A DNA stretch of 64,000 bases from NCBI GenBank assembly GCA_963785305.1, contig CAWAUV010000005.1, positions 733,201 to 797,200 of the forward strand. Direction: 5' to 3'. Numbering within the stretch: the stretch's first letter is position 1; every line of letters starts with the position of its first letter. This document shows positions 1-11,998 of this stretch, piece by piece. A model generated the notes under the pieces. That model was not told where the DNA came from and did not search any database. It saw nothing but the letters and a program-made list of their open reading frames with translations. The position numbers and the translations under genes were made by a program. Source of the stretch: an uncultured Planctomycetaceae bacterium. GTDB taxonomy: Bacteria > Planctomycetota > Planctomycetia > Pirellulales > PALSA-1355.

Positions 1-1878
1 TGACCGGCGCCGTGAAAGACGCCCGGAGCGAGCTCGCCCAAGCCGACGCGTCCAATGAAGCAGAGCGACCGGCGGCCGAAAACAACGATGGCGATAAACA
101 AGGCGCCGGTAAACAAGACACGACTAAGCAAGACACTGGTAAGCAAAGTGGCGACAAACAAGATCGTGGTCGACAAGAAGGCGATCGCGCGGCGGGTGAA
201 AAGCAGCCCGGTCCCGTGGCCCGCGAGCTTGCCAACGCCGGAGAGCATCAAGAGCGAGTCATCGAGTCGCTCGAAGCCATGCTTGGCCGGCTAGGCCAGT
301 GGGACAATTATCGCCGTTTTGGGCGCGAGGTGGCCCAGCTTCGCCAGCAACAAGAAGACCTACTCACATCCACGCGCGAAGCCGCCGGCAAGACCTTGGG
401 CAAGGACTTGAAGGACCTTGATCCGCAGCAGCAGGCGGATCTCAAAAAAGTGGCCGGCCGCCAAACCGAGTTGGCTCGCCAGCTCGATAAGCTCGAACAG
501 CAAATGTCGGAAGCCCGCGAGCGGCTCGCCGACGAGGACCCCGTGGCGTCGGAAACCCTGGGCGACGCGCTCGATCAGGCTCGCCAGCGCGGTCAGCGGC
601 GCAATGCGCAAGGCGGGCGAAGCCGCCGAGCGCAATCAGGTGTCGCAAGCCGTGGAATCGCAAAAACAAATCTCGCAAGAGCTCGACGAACTGCAAAACA
701 TTCTCTCCAATCGGCGCGAGCAAGAACTCGGCCGACTGGTGCGCAAGCTCAAGGAAGCGGAGCGGAGCCTCGAGCAGTTTCGCAAGCAGCAAGCCGGACT
801 CCGCAAAAAGATGGCCGAGCTCGACAAACAACCGGCGCCCGAGGGAGCCGAAGCCCAGGCCGGGCGCAAAAAAAGAACTCGAACGGCTGACGCGTGAAGA
901 ACGAAACCTGCAAACCGAAGCCCAGCGGCTCGCCCGGCGGCTCGAGCGGTTGCAGGCGGACAAGGCTGGTCAGAAGATGGCGCGCACCGCCGGCCGCATG
1001 GGGCAGTCGGGCCAAGCGGGCGAACAGGGCGCCACGGGCGATGCGGGCGCAGCCGCCGAACAGGCCCAGAAAGATCTCGACGAAGCGCAAGAACAATTGG
1101 CCCAGCGCCGCCGGCAAGCTGAAGCGGACTTGGCGCAAGAGCAAATGGCTCGCATCGAGGAAAGCATCAAGAGTCTGCGCGGACGCCAGTCGCAATTGCG
1201 CGGCGAAGCGACTCGTTATGCCGAAACATTGAAGGCCAAGGGCCGTTTCACGCGCGGTGAATCGGCGGGTGTCCAAACCCTTGGGCGGCAAGAAAAAGGC
1301 CTCTCGGCCGAGACCACGGCGCTGGCCGAAAAGGTTTCGGCGGCGGAAGTGTTTCATCTCGCGCTCACCGCGGCGTCGGGGAATATGGACCAGGCGGCGG
1401 CTCTGCTCCACCAGCGCGAAGTAGGCGCCGCCACGCAAGAAGCCATCGCCGCCGCCGAGCGCCGGCTCGATCGCATTCTCGCCGCGCTAGGCGAAAGCAA
1501 ACAACAAGGCGACAAGGCCAATGCCGGCCAGAACGAAGATCGCAATGGCGAAGCCGGCGAGGAGCAATCCCAACAACGGCGCAAGACGGCATCCGCTCGA
1601 TCGCCGAGTTGCGTTTGCTTAAGTTGATGCAGGAGGATTTGCTCGAGCGGTTCCGAACCATCGCCGCCAGCGACGAGCCTTCGCCAGCCGACCGCGCCGA
1701 ACGGCTCGAACAGCTTGCCGGCGAACAGGGCCGCTTGGCCGAGTTGACCATGAAGCTCTCGAAGCCCGAGCCCGATAACCTGGAAAACGATCTTGAAAAA
1801 TTACCCGATGTTCGCAAACCGCCGGAAGAAGCGTCCGAGCGCGACGCCGCGCCCGCGATGAAGGAGCCGCAACCATGA
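1..1878 (+). CDS. Large Gln/Glu/Ala-rich coiled-coil protein (DUF4175-like), 5'-truncated by the window and split by several indels
   Basis: ORFs 12-890, 418-897, 950-1627 and 1609-1878 continue one helical heptad-rich sequence in successive frames; the stop overlaps the next ATG (ATGA, 1875-1878). Confidence 0.6.
96..185 (+). repeat. Degenerate in-frame 15-bp tandem repeat, 6 units (KQGAG KQDTT KQDTG KQSGD KQDRG RQEGD)
   Basis: Read directly from the sequence. Confidence 0.7.
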
Positions 1879-2861
1879 TCGATATCGACCAGATCGCCGC
1901 GCGCTATCCGCGCGATCCGCGTCATCGCCGCCGGCGCGTTGCGCGTTTCGCGAGCTTCGCGCTGCTCTTTGCTTGCGGCGCCATGGCGCCGGCGACCATT
2001 TGGGCCGATGATCCCCCGGCCGAACCGAAGAGCCCGGCGCCACGATCGAGCCTCGATCAACAACTGCTCGACGATTTGGATAACGCGTTGCTCGATGGCG
2101 TGGAAAAGAAATTGCCGGAAAAGAGCAAACCGCCCGCGAAACCCGACGCGACGAAACCCGACGCGACGAAACCCGACGCGACGAAACCCGACGCCAAGGA
2201 GCCCGACGCCAAGGAGCCCGACGCGAAAACAACCGAAGCGGATAAACTCGAAACCGGCGGCGCCGAGCAACCGGGCTCTCCCAAGAAAACCGATGTGCCC
2301 GCGCCCGGCAAAGTGGCCGATCCCTCGGACACCGACACGATGGGTGAAGACATCGGCCAAGGCCCCGAAGACCCGCTCACGCGGATCGGCCGCGACATGC
2401 GGCGAGTCGAGCAGCTTATCGCCGAGCAAGAAGCCGCCCGCCGCGAGCCCCAGGCCGCCGGCGCCGATCAAATGCAAGAGAAGATCATCAAGGAATTGGC
2501 CGACCTGATCTCCGAACTCGAAAAGCAGCGAAAGCGGCAATCCAACTCGAATTCGAAGGGCAAGCGCTCCGGGCAGCAACCCGAGAGCGCCAAGCGCGAG
2601 CAAGTCAAGCAGCAGCGTCCCGCTTCGGCCAAGGCCAGTTCCTCGCCGACCGATAGCAGCCCCGAGCTGCGCGACCGCGCCGCGCAGCGGCCCGACGCGG
2701 CCCAGATGCAAGGCATGATGAAGGACCTTTGGGGCCAATTGCCCGCGCATGCCCGTGATCAAATGCTGCAAACGAGTCCCGAACAGTTTTTGCCTCGCTA
2801 TGAATTGCAGCTCGAAAAATACTACAAGCGACTCGCCGAACAGCAAAAGTCATCGCCCTGA
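1875..2861 (+). CDS. Secreted hypothetical protein with a low-complexity linker and a C-terminal helical motif (WGQLP..R...YY..LA)
   Basis: 328-aa ORF, signal-peptide-like N-terminus, coupled to the upstream gene. Confidence 0.7.
   Translation: MIDIDQIAARYPRDPRHRRRRVARFASFALLFACGAMAPATIWADDPPAEPKSPAPRSSLDQQLLDDLDNALLDGVEKKLPEKSKPPAKPDATKPDATKPDATKPDAKEPDAKEPDAKTTEADKLETGGAEQPGSPKKTDVPAPGKVADPSDTDTMGEDIGQGPEDPLTRIGRDMRRVEQLIAEQEAARREPQAAGADQMQEKIIKELADLISELEKQRKRQSNSNSKGKRSGQQPESAKREQVKQQRPASAKASSSPTDSSPELRDRAAQRPDAAQMQGMMKDLWGQLPAHARDQMLQTSPEQFLPRYELQLEKYYKRLAEQQKSSP
2139..2228 (+). repeat. In-frame 15-bp tandem repeat: (KPDAT)x3, KPDAK, (EPDAK)x2
   Basis: aaacccgacgcgacg x3 followed by three variant units. 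Confidence 0.9.
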
Positions 2862-2905
2862 AGCTCGTCGCATTGAAGCCCCGTGAGTCTCGTGGAGCCA
2901 GCGCC

Positions 2906-3956
2906 ATGCGCCGTTTCATCTGTCGCGATATCTCGCTACTCGCGTTATTGCTCCTTGCGATGTCGTCGATGGGCGGCGCCGGCGTGGCGCGGGCCCAAGG
3001 CGATATCGAAAAATCGGCGGGCGAAATGGTCACTCCGGCCACCTCGCGGGCAATCGAGCGCGGCTTGGCCTTGCTCGCCGCGCGGCAAGAAGAAGACGGC
3101 AGCTTCGGCTCCGGCGGATATAGCCGCAATGTGGCGGTGTGCGGACTCGCGGGCATGGCCTTCATGGCTTCGGGCAGCACTCCCGGCCGCGGACCCTACG
3201 GCAAGCAGGCCAACCGCTGTGTCGACTTCGTGTTGGCCAACGCCGACGAGAGCGGCTTTATCAATGTGTCCAACGCGAGCAGCCACGGACCGATGTATGG
3301 CCACGGCTTCGCCACGTTGTTTCTCGCCGAGAGCTACGGCATGACCCGCCGCGCCGATATTCGCGACAAATTATCCAAGGCCGTGAATCTGATCGTCACC
3401 ACGCAAAACAACGATGGCGGTTGGCGCTATCAACCCAAACGCTTCGACGCCGATCTCTCGGTCACGATCGCGCAGGTCATGGCCCTCAGGGCCGCGCAAC
3501 GCGGGCATTTTCGTGCCGCGCGAGACCATCGATAAAGTCACCGAGTATGTCAAGCGGAGCCAAAATCCCGATGGCGGGTTCATGTACATGGTCACTGGCG
3601 GCCAGAGCGCGTTTCCCCGTTCGGCGGCCGGGGTCGTGGCGCTGTATAGCGCCGGAGTGTATGAAGGCCCGGAGATTCAAAAAGGGCTCGACTATCTGAT
3701 GAACTTCCAACCGCAAGGCGCCGACTTCAATCGCGAAAGTCATTATTTCTATGGGCATTACTATGCCGTGCAAGCCATGTGGCACGCTGGCGGCGACTAT
3801 TGGACACGCTGGTATCCGGCGGTGCGCAACGCGCTGATCGCCCGGCAATCGGAAGACGGCTCCTGGATGGATTCGATCTGCCAAGAATACGGCACGGCCA
3901 TGGCCTGCATCGTGCTTCAGATTCCCAACAATTACCTCCCGATCTTTCAGCGATGA
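2906..3956 (+). CDS. Prenyltransferase/squalene-oxidase repeat protein (indel near 3492)
   Basis: QW-type repeats QEEDGSF, QNNDGGWRY, QNPDGGF, QSEDGSW; HGPMYGHGFATLFLAE motif. Confidence 0.85.
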
Positions 3957-5219
3957 CACCATTTCGAGCAATGCATGGGCGCTTCTCGCGGCGAGCGGCT
4001 TGTTCCGTGTCGTCGTGCGTCAAGGCGTGGGTGATCGTCGCGATCGCGGGGTTCCGCGTCGTGGCGGGCAATGCGCTCGCCGCCGAGTCGAGCGCGATTC
4101 CCGTCGAAGGATCGCCATTTGCCGCGAGATTGACGCGGGTGGCCGCTCCCTGGCGTCTTGAATTTTCCACTTCCGCCGGGCCACGCGAGCTCGCGGCGGC
4201 CGACCTCGTGGCGTGGGGAGGTTTTGTCGATTCCAGCCATGGAACCGAAATATTGCTTGAGGGCGGCGGCTTGCTCGTGGCCGATGTCAAATCGCTCGAA
4301 AAAGAAACGCTCGCTTGCGATGGCGACGTGATCGGCGCCGTGAAGTTGCCGCTCGAATCCGTGACCGGCGTGCTCTGGCGTCCGCCGGCCGAACGCGCCG
4401 CGCATGACGCCTTGCACCGTCGGATGCGCGAAGCCACCGGCGCCGACGATCGCGTGCTGCTCGACAATGGCGACGAGCTCCGCGGCGCCATCGCCGCGCT
4501 CACCGAGGACCGTCTCACGATCGACACCGCCGCCGGGCCCACGCGAGTCGAACTCGCCCGGGTCGTGGCCGTGGTGTTTAATCCATCGCTCGCCGCGCGC
4601 ACCCGACTTTCAGAGCTTCGGGCGATGCTGGGCCTCGCCGATGGCTCGCGATTGCTGGCCACGCAATTGAAACTAACCGGCGGCGTGGCCGAGATCAACG
4701 CGCTGGGCGTCGGCGCCATCAAGCTGGGGGTCGAGCAGCTCGTGGCGCGTGCAGCCGCTCGGCGGCAAGGCGGTGTATCTCTCGGACCTCGCGGCCGCCT
4801 CTTATAAACATATTCCCTACCTGCAACTCGCATGGCCCTATGAGCAAGACTTCAATGTGCTCGGGGGGGCGTTGCGATCCGGCGGCGCGGTGTATCTCAA
4901 AGGGCTCGGGCTCCACGGCGCGGCGCGGCTGACCTATGATCTCGAGCGACCCTATCGGGCCCTGCAAGCCGAACTGGCCATCGACGACGTGGCCGCCGGC
5001 CATGGCAGTGTCGACGTGCGAGTGTTCGTCGATACCGGCGCCGGCCGCTGGGAACCCCGCTATGCCAGCCCCACCGTGCGCGGCGGGCAGGCGCCCGTGG
5101 CCATGTCGGTCGACCTCACCGGCGTCAAGCGGATTAGCCTACTCGTGGAATTCGCCGATCGCGGCGACGAACGCGATGAGGCCGATCTGTTGAAACGCGC
5201 GCCTCATCAAGTAATCTAG
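3953..5219 (+). CDS. NPCBM/NEW2 domain protein (indel near 4747)
   Basis: C-terminal YLSDL...YLKGLGLHG...AELAIDD...SVDLTGVKRISL pattern of the NPCBM domain; ATGA overlap with the previous gene. Confidence 0.75.
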
Positions 5220-5350
5220 TGCTCGGTCACAGCTTAAAACCGGGGCTCCATGCCCGCGATTGCGTGGGCATGCTTGGATGGTCACCGCGATAAGCCATGC
5301 CCAAGCGAGCTTGGGCATGGCACAAGATTACTGAATCCGAGGAGTGCATC

Positions 5351-6906
5351 ATGTTGGGTTCGCTCGAGGCATGGCTTCGCGCCCCGCGGTGGTTTGCGCG
5401 ACTGGCGATCGTCGTGGCGATGGCGACGATCGCTCCCGCGATGGTTTCCCGCGCCGACGAGCGGCCCGGCATGACCTATGTCGCGCTCTGGTTCGACACC
5501 GAGGACTATCTCCTGCCGGCCAGCGACGACGCCGCGCTTCGGCTGGCCGACTGGCTAACCGAGCGGCATATTCGCGCCACGTTCAAAGTCGTGGGCGAAA
5601 AAGCGCGAGTGCTCGAATCGCGCTCGCGGAGCGATGTGATCGCCGCGCTCAGCGCCATGAGATCGGGTACCACGCGAACTGGCATAGCGTGCCGCCGACT
5701 CCGGCGGAATATTGTTCGTCACTCGGTTGGCACGAGGGGGTTATCGAGTTCGATCGCCGCGAACGGCCGGGCTTCGACGATGTGACGCGAGTCTTCGGCC
5801 AGCGGCCAAGTTGCTACGGCCAGCCGGGCAGTTCCTGGTCGCCACAGAGCTACGAGGCGATGCGAAGCTGGGGCATGCAAGTCTATCTCGACGCAGGCAA
5901 ACATGTCGGCGTCGACGATCGGCCCTGCTATTACTGCGGGGTGCTGAACCTGTATCGCCTGGCCACGACCCAGCGCTGCGAGCTTGGCGGCGGCGCCGAT
6001 CTCGAAGCGGCCCAGAAACGATTTCTCGACACCGATCGCGCGCTTTGCGCCGCGGGCGGTGGACTCGTGAGCATCTACTATCACCCGTGCGAGTTCGTGC
6101 ATGAAAGATTTTGGGACGGCGAGAACTTCAGCCACGGCGCCAATCCTCCGCGGAAGGATTGGAAACTCCCGCCGATGAAATCGCCGGAAGCGCGCGAGAC
6201 CGCCTTCGACATCTTCACCAGCTATATCCGCTTCATCCAGCGTTTGCCCAATGTGCGATTCGTCACCGCTTCCGATACCGCGCGACTCTATCGCGACCGC
6301 TCGCGGCAGCGCAAGTTTTCCAAACCGGACATTCGCGCGATCGCCGGGAATGTAACCAAGGACATCACATTTCAGCAGCGCGAGGACTACGCGCTCTCGG
6401 CCGCCGAAATCCTGGAGCTGGTCAATCGCTATGTCGCGCTCTGCGCCTCGGGCGCGACGCCCGAGTGGATTCAAACGCCGGGCAGTCCGCTCGGGCCGGC
6501 CGATCCCGTGAGCCCGCAAAGCGGCGAACTGTCGGTCGATTGGACGCGGTTCGTCGAGACGGCCAAGGATGTCGACGGATATTTGCGGCGCCATGGTCAG
6601 GCGCCGCCGGTCGTGTGGCTAGGCTCGAGCGGCGTTTCGCCCGAGACATGGCTTCTGGCGGTGGCCGGCGTGGCCTGCGACCTGATCGACGAACGTCCCG
6701 CGCCCAGTCGAGTGAAGTTCGGCCCGGCGCGATTAGCCGCGGCCGATCAGGTCGCCGACGATGGACCCGGTATTTGGAAATGGGTTATCTTTCCCGATGG
6801 GTTCCATGCCCCGGCCATGATGGAACTGGCCAAGCGCCAAGCGTGGACACTCAAGCCGGCCGTGCTCCACGCGGCCGATGAGCTCACGAGCGATCCGGCT
6901 CGATAG
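5351..6906 (+). CDS. Polysaccharide deacetylase/GH57-like barrel protein (indel near 5650)
   Basis: [28 protein letters not shown] and SIYYHPCEF motifs. Confidence 0.6.
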
Positions 6907-6984
6907 ATGACGCGGCGTGGCAATCGACATTGGCCCGCGCTTCGGAAGTCATCAAAAACCTCTGACTCAAACAACGACCCGCAA

Positions 6985-7824
6985 ATGACAAAGCTTCAAT
7001 CGATTCTCGATTTTCTCGAAATGTTCGCGCCGCTCGCGCTCGCCGAGTCGTGGGACAATGTCGGGCTTCTCGTGGGCGATCCGCTGGCGAATGTCGAGCG
7101 CGTGATGACCTGTTTGACGATCACTCCCGACAGCGCCGACGAAGCGATTCGAGAACGCGCGGACCTGATTCTCACCCACCATCCGCTGCCATTTCGTCCG
7201 CTGAAGCGACTGACCACCGCGACGCCCGAAGGTCGCATATTGCTCGATCTCATTGCCTATCGGGTGGCAATTTATAGCCCGCACACGGCCTTTGACTCGG
7301 CCCGCGCGGGAATCAACCAGCAATGGGCCGAGGGACTCGGGCTCGGGGGCGCGCGGCCATTTGCTCTCGGCGGTGGTTCGGCCGCGGAGGAAGTCGCGAG
7401 CGGCGGCGCGGCTTCGAAGGCCAGCGAAACCGGCGCCGCGGGTAGCGGTCGCTTTGGCGAACTAGCCGAGAGAATTTCCCTTGGCGAACTGGCCGAGAGA
7501 ATCAAGCATTTTCTACGCATCGAACGCGTGCGGATCGTTGGTCCGGCCGATGCGCCGGTGCGACGGGTGGGAATTGGCTGCGGCGCGGGCGGCGAGTTGA
7601 TTCCCGCGGCGCTCGCGGCCGGATGCCAAGCATTCGTCACCGGCGAGGCCCGCTTTCACAGTTGCCTGGAAGCGCAAGGCGAAGGACTCGGCTTGGTGCT
7701 TACCGGGCATTATGCCAGCGAGCGATTCGCGGTCGCGAACCTAGCCGATGTCGTTCGCGAGGAGTTTGCCGATCTCCAGGTTTGGGCAAGCTGCGCCGAG
7801 GCCGATCCGCTCGCCTGGCGTTGA
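6985..7824 (+). CDS. Nif3-like dinuclear metal-centre protein (YbgI family)
   Basis: AESWDNVGLLVG, THHPL, YSPHTAFD, FVTGE, GHYASE motifs. Confidence 0.93.
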   Translation: MTKLQSILDFLEMFAPLALAESWDNVGLLVGDPLANVERVMTCLTITPDSADEAIRERADLILTHHPLPFRPLKRLTTATPEGRILLDLIAYRVAIYSPHTAFDSARAGINQQWAEGLGLGGARPFALGGGSAAEEVASGGAASKASETGAAGSGRFGELAERISLGELAERIKHFLRIERVRIVGPADAPVRRVGIGCGAGGELIPAALAAGCQAFVTGEARFHSCLEAQGEGLGLVLTGHYASERFAVANLADVVREEFADLQVWASCAEADPLAWR

Positions 7825-8153
7825 TCCACCGCCCGAGCGACGGTCGCATGCTTCCCAAAGCGCCCGAATCGACCGCCGCGGTCGTAATTGCTGCCGTGCT
7901 TGCAGTTTCTGACGGCTGCCGAACTCTTTCCATGCATATGGTCCACGTCGGGCGGCGCCGCGAAAGTGTCCAGCGCCTAAGTGCTTTTCCCATATGGCCA
8001 AGTCGCCGTTTGCCGTCTATGGTTTACAATGCTTCGCGAGTTTCGTGTTAGGAGTCGGGCGCGGCGCTGTATTCAATTACCGGGCGGGAACGTCCGCCCG
8101 CGTGTGGCGAGTTTCTGGAAACGCTTGGACGCCCTTCGGGCGGGATTTTTTTT

Positions 8154-8912
8154 ATGGCCATTCGATTTCTCACGGCGCTGCCGGTCTACAACGAAGTGTC
8201 GCATGTGAACCCGGTGCTCGACGAAGTGCTGCGTTATAGCCCCCATGTGCTGGTGGTCGACGACGGCTCGACCGATGGCACTCGAGAACTGCTGGCAAAG
8301 CGATCCGATATCAAGGTCGTTCGCCACGAGCGCAATCAAGGCTATGGCGCTGGTCTGCGGTCGGCCTTCGCCTACGCGCTCGAACACGAATTCGAGGCGC
8401 TGGTCACGATCGACTGCGATGGTCAGCACGAACCGAAGCGCATTCCCGAGTTTGTCGCCGCCACGGCCAAGGCGCCGGTCGTGTCGGGCAGTCGCTATCT
8501 GCAAACGTTCGCGGGCGACAGCTTGCCGCCCATCGAACGCCGACGGATCAATGTCGAAATCACCGCCGAACTGAATCGCCGGCTGGGATTCCAGCTCACC
8601 GATGCGTTTTGCGGCTTCAAAGCCTATCGGGCCGACGCCCTGGCCAAGCTCGATATTCACGAAACCGGTTACGCAATGCCGCTTGAAGCCTGGGCGCAAA
8701 TCGCCGCAGCCGGCCTCGAAGTGCTCGAGCTTCCGGTGCCGCTGATCTATCTGGACGAAGCCCGCTCGTTTGGCGGGTCGCTCGACAATGCGGGGGAGCG
8801 GCTGGCGTATTACTATAAAGTGCTCGAAAATAGCCTTGCGGTGGCCAAGACGCATGTTCCGGCGGCGGTATGGCCGGCGGTCGATGTCGCTCCGCGCGGT
8901 TGTCGGAGCTAA
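8154..8912 (+). CDS. Glycosyltransferase family 2 (DPM1-like)
   Basis: LPVYNE, VVDDGSTDGT, NQGYG, IDCDGQH, DAFCGFKAY. Confidence 0.92.
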   Translation: MAIRFLTALPVYNEVSHVNPVLDEVLRYSPHVLVVDDGSTDGTRELLAKRSDIKVVRHERNQGYGAGLRSAFAYALEHEFEALVTIDCDGQHEPKRIPEFVAATAKAPVVSGSRYLQTFAGDSLPPIERRRINVEITAELNRRLGFQLTDAFCGFKAYRADALAKLDIHETGYAMPLEAWAQIAAAGLEVLELPVPLIYLDEARSFGGSLDNAGERLAYYYKVLENSLAVAKTHVPAAVWPAVDVAPRGCRS

Positions 8913-9012
8913 TCTCGAATCGTCCGGCGCCAAGTTTGCTTTTGGGCGGATCGCCCCCCTGTAAGCGGCCGGCAATCCCCGATCTTTCCGCGTGTTCCAA
9001 CGAGGACGAACA

Positions 9013-10627
9013 ATGCTCATGGGCGAACAACTTCGGCATCGTCGGCTGCGAGCGCCGCGGGCCACGGGAGAAGCGCTCATCGAACCGCCGCTGGTCGAAG
9101 TCGATTCGCTGATGCGCCAAAACGCGGCCCGGCGATCGGCCGATTGCGAACTGCAAGGCCGCTCGCTCGCCGCTCTCGCCGCCGATGCCCGTCGTCAACT
9201 CACCGCGGCCGCGATTCGCTACACGCGAAGCTATCGCGATCTTCCCTCGGGCAACGAGGCGCTGGCCGCCGCCAGCGACCCGGAGCGACTGGCCGTCGCC
9301 GGCCACCAGCCGCAGTTGTTTCATCCGGGCGTGTGGTACAAGAACTTCGTGCTCAGCGAAATCGGCGCCCGGCCTAGCGCCCTGGCGATCAACCTGGTGA
9401 TCGACAGCGACACGTGCAAGACAACCAGCTTGCGCGTGCCGGGCGGGAATGTGGCGCGACCGCGTGTCGATGGCGTGGCGTTCGATGCGGCCGGGCCCGA
9501 GATTCCATTCGAGGAACGCGGCATTCTTGATCGGGAATGCTTCGCGAGCTTTGGACACCGGGCGACCGAACTGGCGCGTGAATTGGCGCCCGATCCGTTG
9601 TTGCGAGAATTCTGGCCGCTGGTGATCGAGCGAAGTCGTCGCGAATCGAATCTCGGGCTGTGTCTGGCCCAGGCGCGGCACATGCTCGAGGCGAGCTTCG
9701 GAGCAGCGACGCTGGAATTGCCGCAGAGCCAGGTCTGCGAGCTGCCGGCCTTTCATGAGTTCACGGCCCATTTGCTCGCGCATTTGCCGCGCTTTTGGGA
9801 AGTTTACAATGCGTCGATCAACGAATACCGAGTCATCAATCATCTGCGGAGTCGCTCGCATCCGGCGCCGGACTTGGCGGCCGAAGACGATTTTCTGGAA
9901 GCGCCTTATTGGATTTGGACTCGCGACAATCCTCGGCGGCGCCGCGTGTTTGTGCGCGCCGAGGGCGATTCGCTGTTGCTGACCGATCGGCGACGACTTG
10001 AAATCGCCTTGCCCCTCTCGAGCGACGCGGAGCCGGGACCGGCCATCGAAGTTTTGTCGCGGCTCGCCGAGCGCGGCATCAAGCTGCGCACCCGAGCGCT
10101 CGTGACGACGATGTTCGCGCGGCTGGTGCTCTCCGATGTATTCGTGCATGGCATCGGCGGCGCCAAATACGACGAAGTGAGCGACCTCGTGGTCCGACGG
10201 TTCTTTGGCGTCGAGCCGCCCGGCTATATCACCGCCACCGCCACGCTCCGGCTGCCGATCGAGCGCGAGGACCTGGGCGCCGAATCGCTCGGGCGGCTCA
10301 ACGGCCGACTGCGGGAACTGGAGTTTCATCCCGAGCGATTCTTTTCGGCGGCCGATCGCGCGAGCCGCCGATGCGCTCGCGACGAAACAGCACTGGATCG
10401 CGACCGAGCAAACTCGCGCGAATGCCCGCGGCCGGTGCCGGGCGATTCGCGCCGCGAACTCACAGCTCAGCGAACTGGTAGCGCCGCTACGAACCGCCGC
10501 GCTCGCCGCGCGAGATCAAATGGTCGAGCGCACAGCCGCGGAAAATTTGCTGAATTCACGCGAGTTCGCGTTTTGCCTGTTCCCAAGAAAAACGCTCGAG
10601 CGTTTTTTGTCGATCGGACTGGGGTAA
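9013..10627 (+). CDS. Conserved hypothetical protein, possibly BshC-like (Rossmann-like domain plus coiled coil); indel near 10370
   Basis: AGHQPQLFHPGVWYKN, NLVIDSD, FVHGIGGAKYD; helical tail ending LNSREFAFCLFP in the 10205-10627 frame. Confidence 0.55.
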
Positions 10628-11744
10628 GCATCGGTCTGGGATAAGCGGAGTGTCGCGGCCACCGCGTGAGAAATCGCTTTTGTTACCGCGCCGTCGTTAC
10701 ATCTTCTGGCGTATATTTTTTCGTTCGCCGGGCCCGGCATCGCGGGTTCGAGTCCCGCTTCGGATTCTTCTTCCGCTTCGTGGATCGCCGCGGCCACATC
10801 GCCCCGGCTGCCGACGTAATAACATGCGCCGATGAGCGCGAGCAGGATCGTGATCAGGCGGTAGCCGAATGTCACGATCAGGCCCTGATCGCTGCCGGCG
10901 AGCTCGCGATACAGATAATCCATCACCCCTTCGAGGCGCCGAGCGCGCCCAAGGGCAGCGGCAACACGCCGGTGGTCATGCCCAGCGGCACGATCGCAAA
11001 ATGCTCGATGAGCGTCGGCGGCGAGCCGGGTAGCGCCCGGGCAATGGCGTAGAACGAAACCGTGGAAAGCGATTGCCCGACAATGCTCAAGAACCCGGCG
11101 GCGGCGAGCACGCGATATTTCGAGCGGTACATGTCGATCGAGGCGATCACCTTCGACGCCAACAGACCGACGAGCGGCAGATTCCGAAACCGCGCCGGCG
11201 TGATGACGCGTCCCACGGCCGGCAGCATCAGCATGGCAATGACCACGGCGCCGAGAATCGCGGCGGCGACCGCGCCATCGACAATCGGCTTGGCCTTGGC
11301 GGGCATCGGAGCGGCCACCACTCCGATCGCCGCCATGAGCACGAGGCAATAGAGTCCCAACACCCGATCGATGATCACGCTGGCCACGGCCTCGGTCCGC
11401 TGCCCATGTTGTTCGCGGGCCACGAACACCGCTTTGAACAGATCGCCGCCCACGGCGCCGACGGACACGAAATTCAAGAGGTAGCCGAGAAATCCGAGCC
11501 GAAACGCGTCGCGAAGGCGAAACTTAAGCTCAAGCGCCCGGGCCAGCGCCCACCAGCGGACAAACGAGATGGGCAGCGCCACGAGTGAGAGCAGAAAAGC
11601 GATGAGGAGCCAGTCCCAGTGCTTCGGCTGATCGCGGAGCTGGGCAAAATATTCATTTTTTTGGGCGTTGTAGACGACCCAGGCCAGAATGCCGCCGGAG
11701 ATGGCGAATTTCGCGAAATTGACGGCCAATTTTTTGGAATGCAC
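10516..11744 (-). CDS. Lysylphosphatidylglycerol-synthase TM (flippase-like, UPF0104) membrane protein; indel near 10930, 3' end uncertain
   Basis: RWW.L, FLGYLLNFV.GAVGGDLFKA, DRVLGL, PLPLGALGA, TFGYRL; many TM helices. Confidence 0.8.
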
Positions 11745-11851
11745 GCGGCGTCCTTGTTTCGATAATGCAGTGGGCCCCTCGCGCCCGCCACGGGGGAGGC
11801 CCGATGCCCGCGGGCAGGGTTTCCGAGCCAAGGGAGGCCTCGTTCCTATTC

Positions 11852-11880
11852 TTGACAGGCTCGGCCGGCAGTGCTAGGTT
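11852..11880 (+). promoter_or_regulatory. Sigma70-type promoter of the tRNA gene
   Basis: TTGACA-N17-TAGGTT with an extended TG, 45 nt upstream of the tRNA. Confidence 0.7.
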
Positions 11881-11925
11881 CTTGGTTTCGCCGGTGGCGG
11901 AAATAGTTGTACCGAGATTTGCATC

Positions 11926-11998
11926 GGGGGATTAGCTCAATTGGGAGAGCGTCTGGCTGGCAGCCAGAAGGTCAGGGGTTCAAATCCCCTATCCTCCA
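11926..11998 (+). tRNA. tRNA-Ala (GGC), CCA not encoded
   Basis: Acceptor stem GGGGGAT/ATCCTCC with G3:U70; anticodon arm TCTGG-CTGGCAG-CCAGA; T loop GGTTCAAATCC. Confidence 0.97.
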
